DNA of 62,480 bases, counting the filler, from Candidatus Coatesbacteria bacterium (lineage in GTDB: Bacteria > JAFGND01), in the NCBI GenBank assembly GCA_016927185.1. It is 4 parts of 4 records of this genome, joined end to end, with 100 filler letters (N's around TTAATTAATTAA, not from the genome) between each part and the next. Parts side by side here need not be neighbours in the genome. Positions count along the whole stretch, not along the records: positions 1 to 30,934 come from JAFGND010000050.1; 3 more parts are not named here. One strand, written 5' to 3'. This document shows positions 10,907 through 20,493 of this stretch, piece by piece (the stretch's first letter is position 1; every line of letters begins with the position of its first letter). Both the position numbers and the translations under genes were made by a program. The notes beneath the pieces are model-generated. The model worked only from the letters and a program-made list of their open reading frames with translations, was not told where the DNA came from and did not search any database.

Positions 10907-11430
10907 AGCTTCTTGATGAAATATACCCCTTCAAACCATTCATTAAGCCTTTCTACATAAGTCCATCCCGGGACAATGCAGAAACCAAGTTTGTGCTTGA
11001 TCCTGTAATTCTGTTTTTTATCAAGACTTGACCATGAGCGCATCTGATAATATCTGTTTTCTATGCCCGTCTTGATAGCTTCTTTCTGTAATCTTGTACC
11101 AATTCCCTTGTTTCTTAAAAGCTTTTCTACAGCAAATGTATAAACAAAAATCTCTTTCTCTTTCATGAAAACAAAATCAGATGGGATTTTAGCAGATGGG
11201 GCAAGAATAGGGATTCTTATAAACTGAATCTTGAGTGAAATATGTGCCACAATCTTTTCATCAAGAAATCCACAGATTATAAGATAGCTTCCAGATTTCA
11301 GCATCTCTTCAACTTCCAGAATAGTGCTTTCTTTATGTCCTGTATTAATCAGATGATTCATGAATTCATCTTTCATGTTATCAGGTAAGGGCTTATATAC
11401 AATATACTTGACTTCAGTTGATTTTTTCAC
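10903..11430 (-). CDS. GNAT-family N-acetyltransferase
   Basis: FAV...RNKGIGT acetyl-CoA motif and KLGF; GTG start. Confidence 0.8.
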   Translation of the reverse strand: MKKSTEVKYIVYKPLPDNMKDEFMNHLINTGHKESTILEVEEMLKSGSYLIICGFLDEKIVAHISLKIQFIRIPILAPSAKIPSDFVFMKEKEIFVYTFAVEKLLRNKGIGTRLQKEAIKTGIENRYYQMRSWSSLDKKQNYRIKHKLGFCIVPGWTYVERLNEWFEGVYFIKKL

Positions 11431-11432
11431 TA

Positions 11433-12521
11433 TTAACTATTCTTGTTTCCCTCGAGAATGTTATACCAGGTTTCACTAAGACCAAACCTTGCCGTTCTAA
11501 GACTCAATGCTTTTTCTCGCAAGATATAATCACTGAAACGATATGGTGAGTTTTTCATGATAAAAGTTTCTCCTCTCTCCCACCTACATCCAAGTTTTTC
11601 AGCAAGTATAATGAAATCTTCTTGAGGAGCTTCTGGATTGATAATGTCAATCTTTCTTTCGGACATTGATATGGAATTGTAGAGACTGTAAAGTGCTGAA
11701 TTATCAGGTTTTGCCAAGTCAGGATTTCCTGTTTCAAATCTGCAATTCTTGTTTATCAATGTTATGCATATGTTCCTGGTACCAAACAGGGAGAAAACTG
11801 AAATATCACAACTGGTGACAAAATTCAGTGAAAATAATCCATTAATACTTTCAGGATTAAGCATCGGGAGAAAGGGAGTAAAAAAAATCACTGGATGTCT
11901 AAGGATTTCTTCCTGTTCAGGTTCTTTCAAGAATCCTTCTGCCTTGAATAGCCATGAGAAATAAACAAGCAAGGGAAAATCTCCTAAGTCCTCTTTCTTG
12001 AAATGATTAGCTGTTCCGCATTCATGAAATCGAATTCCTGTCTCCATAAGAAGATTTATCAGTTCCCTATCCATTCTTTTTACAGGAACCTGTATGCCCC
12101 AAATGGGGTATACTATTTTCTTGAATACCTCGTATGGGGTATTTGTTAAAATCACTTTTGAATCCTGAAAAATACTTTCTAACAGAATTTTGCATCTTTC
12201 ATGAATATTGTAAGGAATTTCTATATTTTCTGCTGGATGAAAAAAATTCCTGTTTAACAGACCAGAGCCATCATAAATCTTTTCTGATTGAGGAATCTCT
12301 GTATCATCATCTTTTATTTTATTGATTATCAATGAAATAACTTCATCTTTCGATTCAATCCGTAAATCATTCTCTTCTAATATTCTCCTGCGAAGTATAT
12401 CGGTTTTGATTCTTGCTATTTGCGCTAACTCTCTGTCCAAAAAAGAGTTATCTGGATATTTTTTACGATATTCATTTATTACGGAATCTGTTGAGGGCAG
12501 GTATCTCAGATATTCTGACAT
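11433..12521 (-). CDS. Highly diverged SelA (selenocysteine synthase)-like protein, apparently lacking the PLP lysine
   Basis: LRYLPSTDSV, METGIRFHECGTAN, AEGF, DISVFS and KPDNSAL line up in order with SelA motifs LPSVD, EVGTTN, GF, DLVTFSGDK and RVDK. Confidence 0.6.
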   Translation of the reverse strand: MSEYLRYLPSTDSVINEYRKKYPDNSFLDRELAQIARIKTDILRRRILEENDLRIESKDEVISLIINKIKDDDTEIPQSEKIYDGSGLLNRNFFHPAENIEIPYNIHERCKILLESIFQDSKVILTNTPYEVFKKIVYPIWGIQVPVKRMDRELINLLMETGIRFHECGTANHFKKEDLGDFPLLVYFSWLFKAEGFLKEPEQEEILRHPVIFFTPFLPMLNPESINGLFSLNFVTSCDISVFSLFGTRNICITLINKNCRFETGNPDLAKPDNSALYSLYNSISMSERKIDIINPEAPQEDFIILAEKLGCRWERGETFIMKNSPYRFSDYILREKALSLRTARFGLSETWYNILEGNKNS

Positions 12522-13420
12522 TATGATATGAAAACTTCAAGTTTACTGATATCTTCAGACAATCTTAGTTTTGTAAGAGCTTGTTCCTTTATCTGACGTA
12601 TTCTCTCTCTTGTCAAGCCCAGATTCTGACCTATCTCTTCCAGAGTATGCGGTCTGGAAGTATACAGACCGAAATATAGTTCTATAACCTGTCTCTCTCT
12701 CTCAGAAAGACTTGAGAGAAGCTTTTCTATCTGCTGATATAGCTCTTCCTGTATGAATACGGTCTCTGGAGTTATTATCCTTGAATCCTCAAGCATTTCC
12801 ACACTTGAAGTATCAGAATCATCTGAAAAAGGAGCATCAAGAGAAATATACGAAGAACCCTGTTCATGTGTTATCTGTTGAAAATCCTTGCTTGAGATCT
12901 TCTCTGCCTCAAGCAATTCCTTAAGTTCTTCTTGTTCAAGTTCAGGATTATCAATTGAAGCAGCTTCCTTTATTATCTGTTGATACTTCTCTTCAAGTTT
13001 CTGTTTCTTCTTCAGCCTTGCAATCTTGCTTGCAGGCTGTCTTATAAGATCCGATTTTTCCTGTATGGATTGCAATATGCCCTGTCTTATCCACCAAATT
13101 GCATAAGTTATGAATCTGCAACCTTTTTCTAAATCGAATTTGGTTGCAGCTTTTATCAATCCAAGATTTCCTTCATTAATGAGATCAGACAGGCTAAGTC
13201 CATGATTTCTATACTGTTTTGCAATATTTATTACAAAACGCAAATTAGCTTCAGTAAGCTCGTCAATTGCCTGCAAATCTCCTTCCCTGATCCTTCTCGC
13301 AAGATTCAGTTCCTCTTCAGGAGTTAGAAGAGGAACATCCTCTAGATCCTTGAAGTACGATATCAGGCACCTTTCCTCGCCTTCTTTAGATTCCGATACT
13401 TCCAGATTGTTTTTATCCAT
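12521..13420 (-). CDS. Sigma-70 family factor (RpoD/RpoS-like, no region 1.1)
   Basis: PLLTPEEE, ANLRFVINIAK, DLINEGNLGL, RFITYAIWWIRQ, SLDAP, TLEEIG, TRERIRQI. Confidence 0.93.
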   Translation of the reverse strand: MDKNNLEVSESKEGEERCLISYFKDLEDVPLLTPEEELNLARRIREGDLQAIDELTEANLRFVINIAKQYRNHGLSLSDLINEGNLGLIKAATKFDLEKGCRFITYAIWWIRQGILQSIQEKSDLIRQPASKIARLKKKQKLEEKYQQIIKEAASIDNPELEQEELKELLEAEKISSKDFQQITHEQGSSYISLDAPFSDDSDTSSVEMLEDSRIITPETVFIQEELYQQIEKLLSSLSERERQVIELYFGLYTSRPHTLEEIGQNLGLTRERIRQIKEQALTKLRLSEDISKLEVFIS

Positions 13421-13424
13421 ATCC

Positions 13425-14957
13425 TTATGGTGTAAAAGATATATACAAACCAGTATTCTGCCGATAAATATACATCACAATGCTAGTCTTCTTTTTTGAT
13501 AGTTCCTCAATTTTCCTCTTGAAATCGCTTGCATTATTGACTGGAGTCTTGTTTATTTCAACAATTACGTCACCACGATTCAGCACACCTGATGCTGATG
13601 AAGTCTGATCCACTCCAATTACAACAACACCTGACTTAACAGGAAATTGATAATTGCCCAGGCTTGGATGATTCAAATCAACTACCTTTATTCCAAACAC
13701 ATCATCCTTAGGTTTTATATCCTTCCCTCTTTCAGCCTGGCTTCTTACATCTCCAAGATCATCAGGTCTTTGAGCCAGTTTTATCTTTATCTTGTTTTGC
13801 TTGTCAGCTCTATAGTAAGTCAGCTCAACCTGACCATCAGAACCTGCATCACCTATATATATCATCAGAGAATTCGCATCTTTGATTGGTTTTCCGTCTA
13901 CTTCCGTAATAATATCTCCTCTCATCAAGCCAGCCTTTTCAGCAGGACCGCCTGAAGTCACACTATTGATGAGAACACCTTCCTTAACACTTGAACCCAT
14001 TCCCTGGGCTATCTGCGGTGTAAGATCAGTTATATTTACTCCTATATAACCTCTTGTAACCTTTCCTTTTTCCCTTAGCTGTTTCATAATAGATTTCGCC
14101 ATATTTATGGGAATTGCAAATCCAAGATTCTGTCCCATTGCATTAATTGCAGAATTGATTCCTATTACTTCTCCCTTTATATTAACAAGAGGTCCTCCAC
14201 TATTTCCTATATTTATTGGAGTATCAGTTTGAATAAAGCTCTGATAGATTGGTCCGCTATTCCCAAGACCGAGATGTGATCTTCCCTTTGCACTAATTAT
14301 CCCTACTGTCACAGTATTTTCGAGTCCCATGGGATTGCCAACTGCTATTGACCAATCTCCTACCTCTATCTTATCTGAATCACCAAGCTGTATAAATGGC
14401 AAGTCAGTCCCTTTTGCATCTATCTTTATCAAGGCAAGATCCGTCAAGGGATCCTGTCCAATAATCCTGGCTTCGTAAGTCTTTTTGTCGCTTAAAGTGA
14501 CAGTAATCTGTTTTGCTTTGTCAATAACATGATTATTGGTAATTATATACCCGTCTTTGTCAATTATGAAACCACTACCTTGCCCTTTAACTACTCTCTG
14601 CATTTCTCTTGGAGTAAACATCTGAAAATCATCATCTCCAAAAGGATCACTGAAAGGATTGAACCTGAAGTTTGGCATCTGGGGAAACATAGTCTTGACT
14701 GTTTCTACTCCTGTTACCTTTATAAATACCACTGCAGGTACGACTTTTTTTACCACTGCGACAAAAGGTGAATGCCCTTCATTGTCAACTAGAGGAATAT
14801 CGCTGATTTTTTCTGCAGTATTACTTGATGATTTTGTAGTTTCAGAATTATCGCTTTTAGTACCTAGTCCGAAATTCTTGATTTTTGAACTGCCATTACA
14901 CGAGCAAGATGTCGTTAATAGAATGGCAATTGTCAATAACATTGCTGTCGTTTTCAT
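13425..14957 (-). CDS. Do/DegP-family serine protease with two PDZ domains, probable lipoprotein
   Basis: GSGF, TNNHV, DLAL, GNSGG, two PDZ domains, signal-like N-terminus ending TTSC. Start placed at ATG 14957 behind AAGGAGG. Confidence 0.94.
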   Translation of the reverse strand: MKTTAMLLTIAILLTTSCSCNGSSKIKNFGLGTKSDNSETTKSSSNTAEKISDIPLVDNEGHSPFVAVVKKVVPAVVFIKVTGVETVKTMFPQMPNFRFNPFSDPFGDDDFQMFTPREMQRVVKGQGSGFIIDKDGYIITNNHVIDKAKQITVTLSDKKTYEARIIGQDPLTDLALIKIDAKGTDLPFIQLGDSDKIEVGDWSIAVGNPMGLENTVTVGIISAKGRSHLGLGNSGPIYQSFIQTDTPINIGNSGGPLVNIKGEVIGINSAINAMGQNLGFAIPINMAKSIMKQLREKGKVTRGYIGVNITDLTPQIAQGMGSSVKEGVLINSVTSGGPAEKAGLMRGDIITEVDGKPIKDANSLMIYIGDAGSDGQVELTYYRADKQNKIKIKLAQRPDDLGDVRSQAERGKDIKPKDDVFGIKVVDLNHPSLGNYQFPVKSGVVVIGVDQTSSASGVLNRGDVIVEINKTPVNNASDFKRKIEELSKKKTSIVMYIYRQNTGLYISFTP

Positions 14958-15044
14958 ACTCCTCCTTATGAATGTGCTCTTCATTATTACTCCTTCTGTA
15001 AAGTTATATCATTAATAAGTGGAGCAAAAAATATGCCAAAAAAA

Positions 15045-15129
15045 TGCCGAAGGTCGGAATCGAACCGACACGGAGTTAAACTCCGCGGGATTTTGAGTCC
15101 CGTGCGTCTACCAATTTCACCACTTCGGC
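15045..15129 (-). tRNA. tRNA-Leu (anticodon CAA); CCA not encoded
   Basis: Reverse complement GCCGAAG...CTTCGGC-A; anticodon arm CGGGA-CTCAAAA-TCCCG; long variable arm; GTTCGATTC. Confidence 0.95.
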
Positions 15130-15137
15130 ATCAAAAA

Positions 15138-15210
15138 TGGCGAGACACAGAATTGAACTGTGGACGCCGGGATTTTCAGTCCCGCGCTCTACCAACTGAG
15201 CTATCTCGCC
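15138..15210 (-). tRNA. tRNA-Phe (anticodon GAA); CCA not encoded
   Basis: Reverse complement GGCGAGA...TCTCGCC-A; D-arm GCTC/GAGC; CGGGA-CTGAAAA-TCCCG; CACAG-TTCAATT-CTGTG. Confidence 0.96.
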
Positions 15211-15330
15211 ATTGCAAAACGCAAGCAAATTCCTCCAGTAAGACTATTCTTGTCAAGAAAAATTGCAGAATAATCATTAATTCAGTTAACTTCAGGGATG
15301 AAGTCTTATCAAAGAAGATGAGTCTTTTTT

Positions 15331-15912
15331 CTAATGTATAATAACAACTCTGTTTTTCTTATTGCAAATAGAGAAAAGATAATCAATATCAGTGTTTTCT
15401 ATTGCTATGCACCCCTGAGTCCAGTTCCAGAACCAGACTCCACCTCCATGTATGCATATCTGTCCGCCAAGCATTGTATCCTGTGGTGGTGTTTCATAAT
15501 TCTTGATTGCAAAGACTATTCTCTTGTACTCATCATCATTTATCAGATTTCTCTTCAAACCTGATTCTGCATCCTTATCGTTTGGATAACTTATCAATAT
15601 TGATTTATAGAATGATTTGCTTTTCCTTAATTCGCATATGTAGTAGTCACCTTCTGGGGTTTTCAAATCTGAAACTCTCTCTTTCTTGCTTGAATCTCCC
15701 CTGCCAATTGATATCTTCATTTTCTTTATTGGCTTTTTTCCTTGATAAACAACAAGCTCCCTTTTCCCCTTTTTTACAAGCAGCCATATTCCCTTGTCAG
15801 CAACTGATTTGGAGAAATCTACTGTTGTTCTTGCTTCTTCTTCCTTGTTCAGCGACTTGCTGCAGGAAATTGTAAGAAGAACCGTCAGCAAAGTCAATGT
15901 AATAATTCTCAT
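15331..15912 (-). CDS. L,D-transpeptidase (YkuD family) lipoprotein
   Basis: Lipobox TISC; KTPEG.Y, ISYPN, IHGGG...TQGCI. Confidence 0.88.
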   Translation of the reverse strand: MRIITLTLLTVLLTISCSKSLNKEEEARTTVDFSKSVADKGIWLLVKKGKRELVVYQGKKPIKKMKISIGRGDSSKKERVSDLKTPEGDYYICELRKSKSFYKSILISYPNDKDAESGLKRNLINDDEYKRIVFAIKNYETPPQDTMLGGQICIHGGGVWFWNWTQGCIAIENTDIDYLFSICNKKNRVVIIH

Positions 15913-16021
15913 ACAGTATCTTTTCCATTAGCCAGTTTTCTGTCAAGCAAACTCCTGCATCAATATCTGAAAAAGATAGAAGTTGACCAAAAAACCTCTC
16001 TCTGAAAATTAGTTAATCATT

Positions 16022-16555
16022 ATGGAAAGTACTCCATGGGATGAAAGAAGAAGTCTCAAGAAAAACGTCCCCATAATTGTCTTGTTTTTTCTGGGGGCAC
16101 TTGCAGCATTCTGGCTTCTAACTCAGTTTCAATATAAGTTTGAACCTCCTGTCACCAAATCTGATACAGATGATGTAATGAAAAGGTTTTCAATTATACT
16201 GCCATCCAATATCTCCAATTTTAAACTGCATTACAGACATGCATTAGTGGAAAGCTATATTTTCAGTTTTGATCTACCTGTTGAAGCTGAATTATCAAAT
16301 GTACTTGATGAAATGCAGAAAAAGGTTGTCAAATCAGGATGGACTTTCAAGGAAAAAGCTGATAATACTACTATTTACAGCAAAACCGACACTCTCATTA
16401 CAGAAAAGACCAATCTCAGCTTTCTGGAGATGAAAATATTCACGACAAGATATAATACAATATGGGTAAGTATCCTGAATATGCCAGAAGATGGAGATTA
16501 CAGTCTGTTCAAAAAAAATTTTGAAAAAAAATTCAAAGAACTTTCAGGCCAATAA
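16022..16555 (+). CDS. Hypothetical single-pass membrane protein
   Basis: 177-aa ORF with one N-terminal hydrophobic helix; no family recognised. Confidence 0.65.
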   Translation: MESTPWDERRSLKKNVPIIVLFFLGALAAFWLLTQFQYKFEPPVTKSDTDDVMKRFSIILPSNISNFKLHYRHALVESYIFSFDLPVEAELSNVLDEMQKKVVKSGWTFKEKADNTTIYSKTDTLITEKTNLSFLEMKIFTTRYNTIWVSILNMPEDGDYSLFKKNFEKKFKELSGQ

Positions 16556-16596
16556 AATACTTGCAATAAAATAACTTAATCAAGGTAATAACTATC

Positions 16597-18156
16597 ATGA
16601 AAAAATGTCCGGAATGTGGATTTGAAGATAATGATGAAAATCCTAAATTCTGCTCCAAATGCGGTTATTCCTTTAATGGCAAAATCAGCGTAACTGTTCC
16701 TCCCCATAAAAAACAGAAGGATGCAACTTTTCCCAGGAAGCTTGGTAGTAAATATATACTAAAAAGAGAACTTGGAGCAGGTGGAATGGGAAAGGTTTTT
16801 CTGGGCGAAGATATGGTTTTAACAAGAGATGTCGCAATTAAAATCCTGCCAGATATCCTGACTAATAATGAGAATTACAAGCAAAGATTCTTGAGGGAAA
16901 CAAGAAGTGTTGCGAGACTTTCTCATCCAAATATAATTCAGGTATATGATTTCGGGCAGGAAGAAAATCAGCTGTTTTATGTCATGGAATATCTTGTGGG
17001 AGGAAGCCTTTATCAGAAAATAGAAGAAAAAGCCAAATTCACTTTCGAAGAAGTTTCAAGCCTATTGATGCAATTATCAGATGCTCTTGATTATTCCCAT
17101 GGACAGGGAATAATTCACAGGGATCTCAAACCCGCAAACATCATGTTCGACAAGACAGGACACCCCAAGATTGTTGATTTCGGTATTGCATTCACTCAGG
17201 ATGATATCAGACTGACTGGCTCTGGAACATGGCTTGGAACACCCGGTTATATGGCTCCCGAGCAATATGAATCCATAACTGACCCTCGTTCAGATCAATA
17301 CAGTCTAGGAGTAATATTATATCAGATCCTTGAAGGAATACCTCCCTTCACAGGAAAAACTCCTGCAGAACTTATTAAGCAGCATCTTTATGATCCTCCA
17401 CCTCCCCCGAAAAATATACCTCCAAATCTCGTCCCTATTGTAATGAAAACGTTGGAGAAAGATCCTGAGAAAAGGTTTACATCCTGCAAAGCTTTATACG
17501 AATCTTTTTATATGACTATTCCTTTCATCGGAAGTAATGTCGGAACTGTAACTGAAGAAAACAAGCCATATTTTGTTCAAAATTTTAAGACACCATCTAA
17601 ATCAAATATAGTAAATATCCCAACTCCATCAACTCCAAGAGAAATTCCAACTCCTGTTGAGAAACCAAAGAAGAAAAGACGATTTATTAAATATTCATTG
17701 ATAGGCTGCCTCGGTTTTCTCGTAATTACTACATTAGTAATTTTCTCATTTCTTGGTGGAGTTATTTGTTCAAGCGATAGTGCAAAAAGAAATTCAAGAG
17801 AAAAAAGGACTATTGCAAAAAGAATTGGTGTCCCACAATTATCTGAGAACAGGATTGGTTACGGTACATCAGGAAATCTTATAGAAAGAGAGACAACCTC
17901 TTTTCTAAATAATTCTGATGGATACGTGATTATTTATTACAAATGGGTTTATCCTCCAAAAAGGGGTACTGAATGGAAAGCCGAGTTAATTGATAAACAT
18001 GGAAGAGCATTATATGAAGAAAAAAGAATACTAGATGGCAAGGCATTTTTTAACAGGGAAACATTCAGCATAAACAAATTACCATCAGGAAATTATAAAT
18101 ACAACTTGTACCTTAACGGAAATCTCCAGCATTCGTTCAATTTTGAAATTATTTGA
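16597..18156 (+). CDS. Hanks-type Ser/Thr kinase with N-terminal zinc ribbon, TM helix and C-terminal beta-rich domain
   Basis: CPEC..CSKC; GAGGMG, VAIK, HRDLKPAN, DFG, YMAPE; Pro-rich linker; KKKRR then a hydrophobic helix. Confidence 0.93.
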   Translation: MKKCPECGFEDNDENPKFCSKCGYSFNGKISVTVPPHKKQKDATFPRKLGSKYILKRELGAGGMGKVFLGEDMVLTRDVAIKILPDILTNNENYKQRFLRETRSVARLSHPNIIQVYDFGQEENQLFYVMEYLVGGSLYQKIEEKAKFTFEEVSSLLMQLSDALDYSHGQGIIHRDLKPANIMFDKTGHPKIVDFGIAFTQDDIRLTGSGTWLGTPGYMAPEQYESITDPRSDQYSLGVILYQILEGIPPFTGKTPAELIKQHLYDPPPPPKNIPPNLVPIVMKTLEKDPEKRFTSCKALYESFYMTIPFIGSNVGTVTEENKPYFVQNFKTPSKSNIVNIPTPSTPREIPTPVEKPKKKRRFIKYSLIGCLGFLVITTLVIFSFLGGVICSSDSAKRNSREKRTIAKRIGVPQLSENRIGYGTSGNLIERETTSFLNNSDGYVIIYYKWVYPPKRGTEWKAELIDKHGRALYEEKRILDGKAFFNRETFSINKLPSGNYKYNLYLNGNLQHSFNFEII

Positions 18157-18254
18157 GAGTCGTTAACATTTTTTAATTTTTCTCTTGATTTTTTTCTCAA
18201 GCTTCTAAAACTTGCCAGGTAGTCTACTTAATTTATTTAATTCAGGAGGAAAGA

Positions 18255-18887
18255 ATGAAAGCACTTAGCTGGATTATATTAGGATTTGCCCTAATAATGG
18301 TTATGGGATGTGCTGATAAAGAAGCAAGGGAAGATATCAAGAAGATGAATAACAATATTCAAGTACTGGAGCAGCGCGTTAACAATATGAACAACAATGC
18401 TGACCTGGATGCCTTGAAAAGCAGGGTTGATAATCTTGCTGCCCAGATACAACAAATGAAAGAAGCCAATCAACCAAAAAACTATGATGATTACAACAGA
18501 CAAGGCGCCCCAATTGCAAGAGAATTATCTCAATTCTTTGCTGACATTAACAACAACAAGATTTACAAGAACTACCGTCTTGAAAAGGATTTATCACAGT
18601 CTAATCTTACATTTTATCTTAAAGACAAAGAATCAGGGGATCTTGTACTCTTTGGTCATATTGTATATCATGGTGATAAACCTGCAGAGTGGTTCAAGGC
18701 ATATTCCAAGAAAAGAGTTGCAGGTTATCCTGGAAGAACTGCCAAGAATCAATGGATTGAACTGCTTGCCGGCAAATTTGAAGTACGTGTTGAGGCAAGT
18801 GAAGAACGTAATGATTTCCAGAAAACCCAGAAACTTGTTTCTTTTCTCAAGGTTATTGACTTAAAAGGCTTGAAAAGATACAAATAA
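18255..18887 (+). CDS. Lipoprotein with coiled coil and uncharacterised C-terminal domain
   Basis: SD AGGAG; lipobox VMGC; heptad-like region; C-terminus similar to that of 39533-40138. Confidence 0.75.
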   Translation: MKALSWIILGFALIMVMGCADKEAREDIKKMNNNIQVLEQRVNNMNNNADLDALKSRVDNLAAQIQQMKEANQPKNYDDYNRQGAPIARELSQFFADINNNKIYKNYRLEKDLSQSNLTFYLKDKESGDLVLFGHIVYHGDKPAEWFKAYSKKRVAGYPGRTAKNQWIELLAGKFEVRVEASEERNDFQKTQKLVSFLKVIDLKGLKRYK

Positions 18888-18889
18888 AA

Positions 18890-18913
18890 AAAAGCCCTTG
18901 CAAAAGGGCTTTT
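18890..18913. terminator. Intrinsic terminator-like hairpin
   Basis: AAAAGCCCTT-GCAA-AAGGGCTTTT directly after the stop codon at 18887. Confidence 0.75.
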
Positions 18914-18922
18914 CGCTTTATA

Positions 18923-19912
18923 ATGGCACAAATTGCTTTATTAAGATTAAAGAAACTTGGAGATATTGTGTTAACAACATCCTTGCTTCAACATCTCCAG
19001 AAAAACCTTCCCTATGATGATATACTTTTCGTAACCAGGGAGGAATACAAGGATCTCGAGAAAATCTTCCCCAAGAAGATACAATTTGAATACCTAAAAG
19101 CTCCTTATAAAACCAACTCAATTATAAACCTTTCTTCAAGATTAGCTAAAAGGAAAATAGATATAATGCTTGATCTTCAAGAAAATCCCACTTCCATACT
19201 CATAAGCATGCTTTCAAGACCAAGAAAGAAATATATATATAAAAAGGAAGGACTGAAAAGGCATTTCCATATAGGATCTCTCAGCAAATTAGACACCTCG
19301 CACACTATAAAGAAATATTACCATGCTGCTGAACGAGCATGGTTGATACCAAGAGACAGTATTCTGATTCCACCGTTGCTAGTTCCAGATTTCCCAGCCG
19401 AGAAGCTGCTTCCTTCAGGATCAAATCTTGTCATCCTGGCAGGTTCAGGAAGGTATACTAAAAGATGGTTACCTGAGTACTATGTAAAACTGACTAATAT
19501 GCTTAAGCAGATAAACAAGAGCGTTGTCTTCGTTGGTGGAAATCCTGACAAGGAATTGCTGCTTTATATTAAGTCTCTTGGTACTTCGGGTATTTTCATG
19601 CATCCACTTCCACTTTATAAAATTGCACAAGGTATAAATGAAGCAGATATTGTCCTGGGAGGTGATTCAGGACTTACTCATATTGCCTGGGCATTTAAGA
19701 AACAGATTGTATTCCTTGCAGGTGGTACTCATATGTGTCTGGGATTTTTCCCATTTGGAAACAAGGTGACAATTCTCGAAGAGGATTTGCCATGCAGGCC
19801 ATGCAGTTTGCATGGATTATCTCGCTGCCCTCAGAAACATTTCAACTGCATGAAATCATTGACACCAGAGAGAGTTTTTACTACCTTGCTTGCATTATGG
19901 CCACCAGTATAA
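18923..19912 (+). CDS. Glycosyltransferase family 9 (LPS heptosyltransferase-like)
   Basis: LGDIVL, DLQ, KRW, GDSGLTHIA, CRPC..C...HFNCM. Confidence 0.9.
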   Translation: MAQIALLRLKKLGDIVLTTSLLQHLQKNLPYDDILFVTREEYKDLEKIFPKKIQFEYLKAPYKTNSIINLSSRLAKRKIDIMLDLQENPTSILISMLSRPRKKYIYKKEGLKRHFHIGSLSKLDTSHTIKKYYHAAERAWLIPRDSILIPPLLVPDFPAEKLLPSGSNLVILAGSGRYTKRWLPEYYVKLTNMLKQINKSVVFVGGNPDKELLLYIKSLGTSGIFMHPLPLYKIAQGINEADIVLGGDSGLTHIAWAFKKQIVFLAGGTHMCLGFFPFGNKVTILEEDLPCRPCSLHGLSRCPQKHFNCMKSLTPERVFTTLLALWPPV

Positions 19913-20493
19913 AAGCACTTGCTGTAGTATTATCAGGGGGAAAAAGCCAGAGATTTCATTATTCAAAGGCATTAGCAGTTTACAGGAATGAATATTTCCT
20001 TAATATAATCCTTGGTAAACTAAAGAATCTTAAAAATGTAAAGACAGTAATTGTAATAGAAGAAGATTCTATCAAGGAGATCTCTGAAAAAATCAATCTT
20101 TCAACTTATTCAATAATTCTTCAAACAGACAATAATTCGAAGCAGATTGACAGCTTGAGGCTAGCAATAGAAAAAAACAGGCAATTTGACTATTATCTAG
20201 TATGGCCAGTTGATTTCCCTCTTGTAAAAAAAACAACTATAGAGAAACTGCTTTATATGACAACAGGGATAAAAGCTGACATCTTTTCACCGTATTTTGA
20301 AAACAGAAAAGGCCATCCATTCATATTTTCCAGGAAAGTTTCGAAAATCATTATGAAGATGGAGAAAAATATTCCTCTTTACGAAGTTTTCAAAAATACA
20401 AATATTGTTAAAGAAACAGTGGATATTGAAGATGAGTTCATACACTGCAATATCAACACTCAATCGAAATTAAGGGAAATAGATGCTAGATAA
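19897..20493 (+). CDS. Molybdenum cofactor nucleotidyltransferase (MocA/MobA-like)
   Basis: VVLSGGKSQRF..KAL, PVDFP, GHP, NINT; lies upstream of xdhC. Start moved to ATG 19897. Confidence 0.8.
   Translation: MATSIKALAVVLSGGKSQRFHYSKALAVYRNEYFLNIILGKLKNLKNVKTVIVIEEDSIKEISEKINLSTYSIILQTDNNSKQIDSLRLAIEKNRQFDYYLVWPVDFPLVKKTTIEKLLYMTTGIKADIFSPYFENRKGHPFIFSRKVSKIIMKMEKNIPLYEVFKNTNIVKETVDIEDEFIHCNINTQSKLREIDAR

Noticed and set aside
15033-15341. 102-aa plus-strand ORF
   Set aside because: It is the antisense reading of two tRNA genes.
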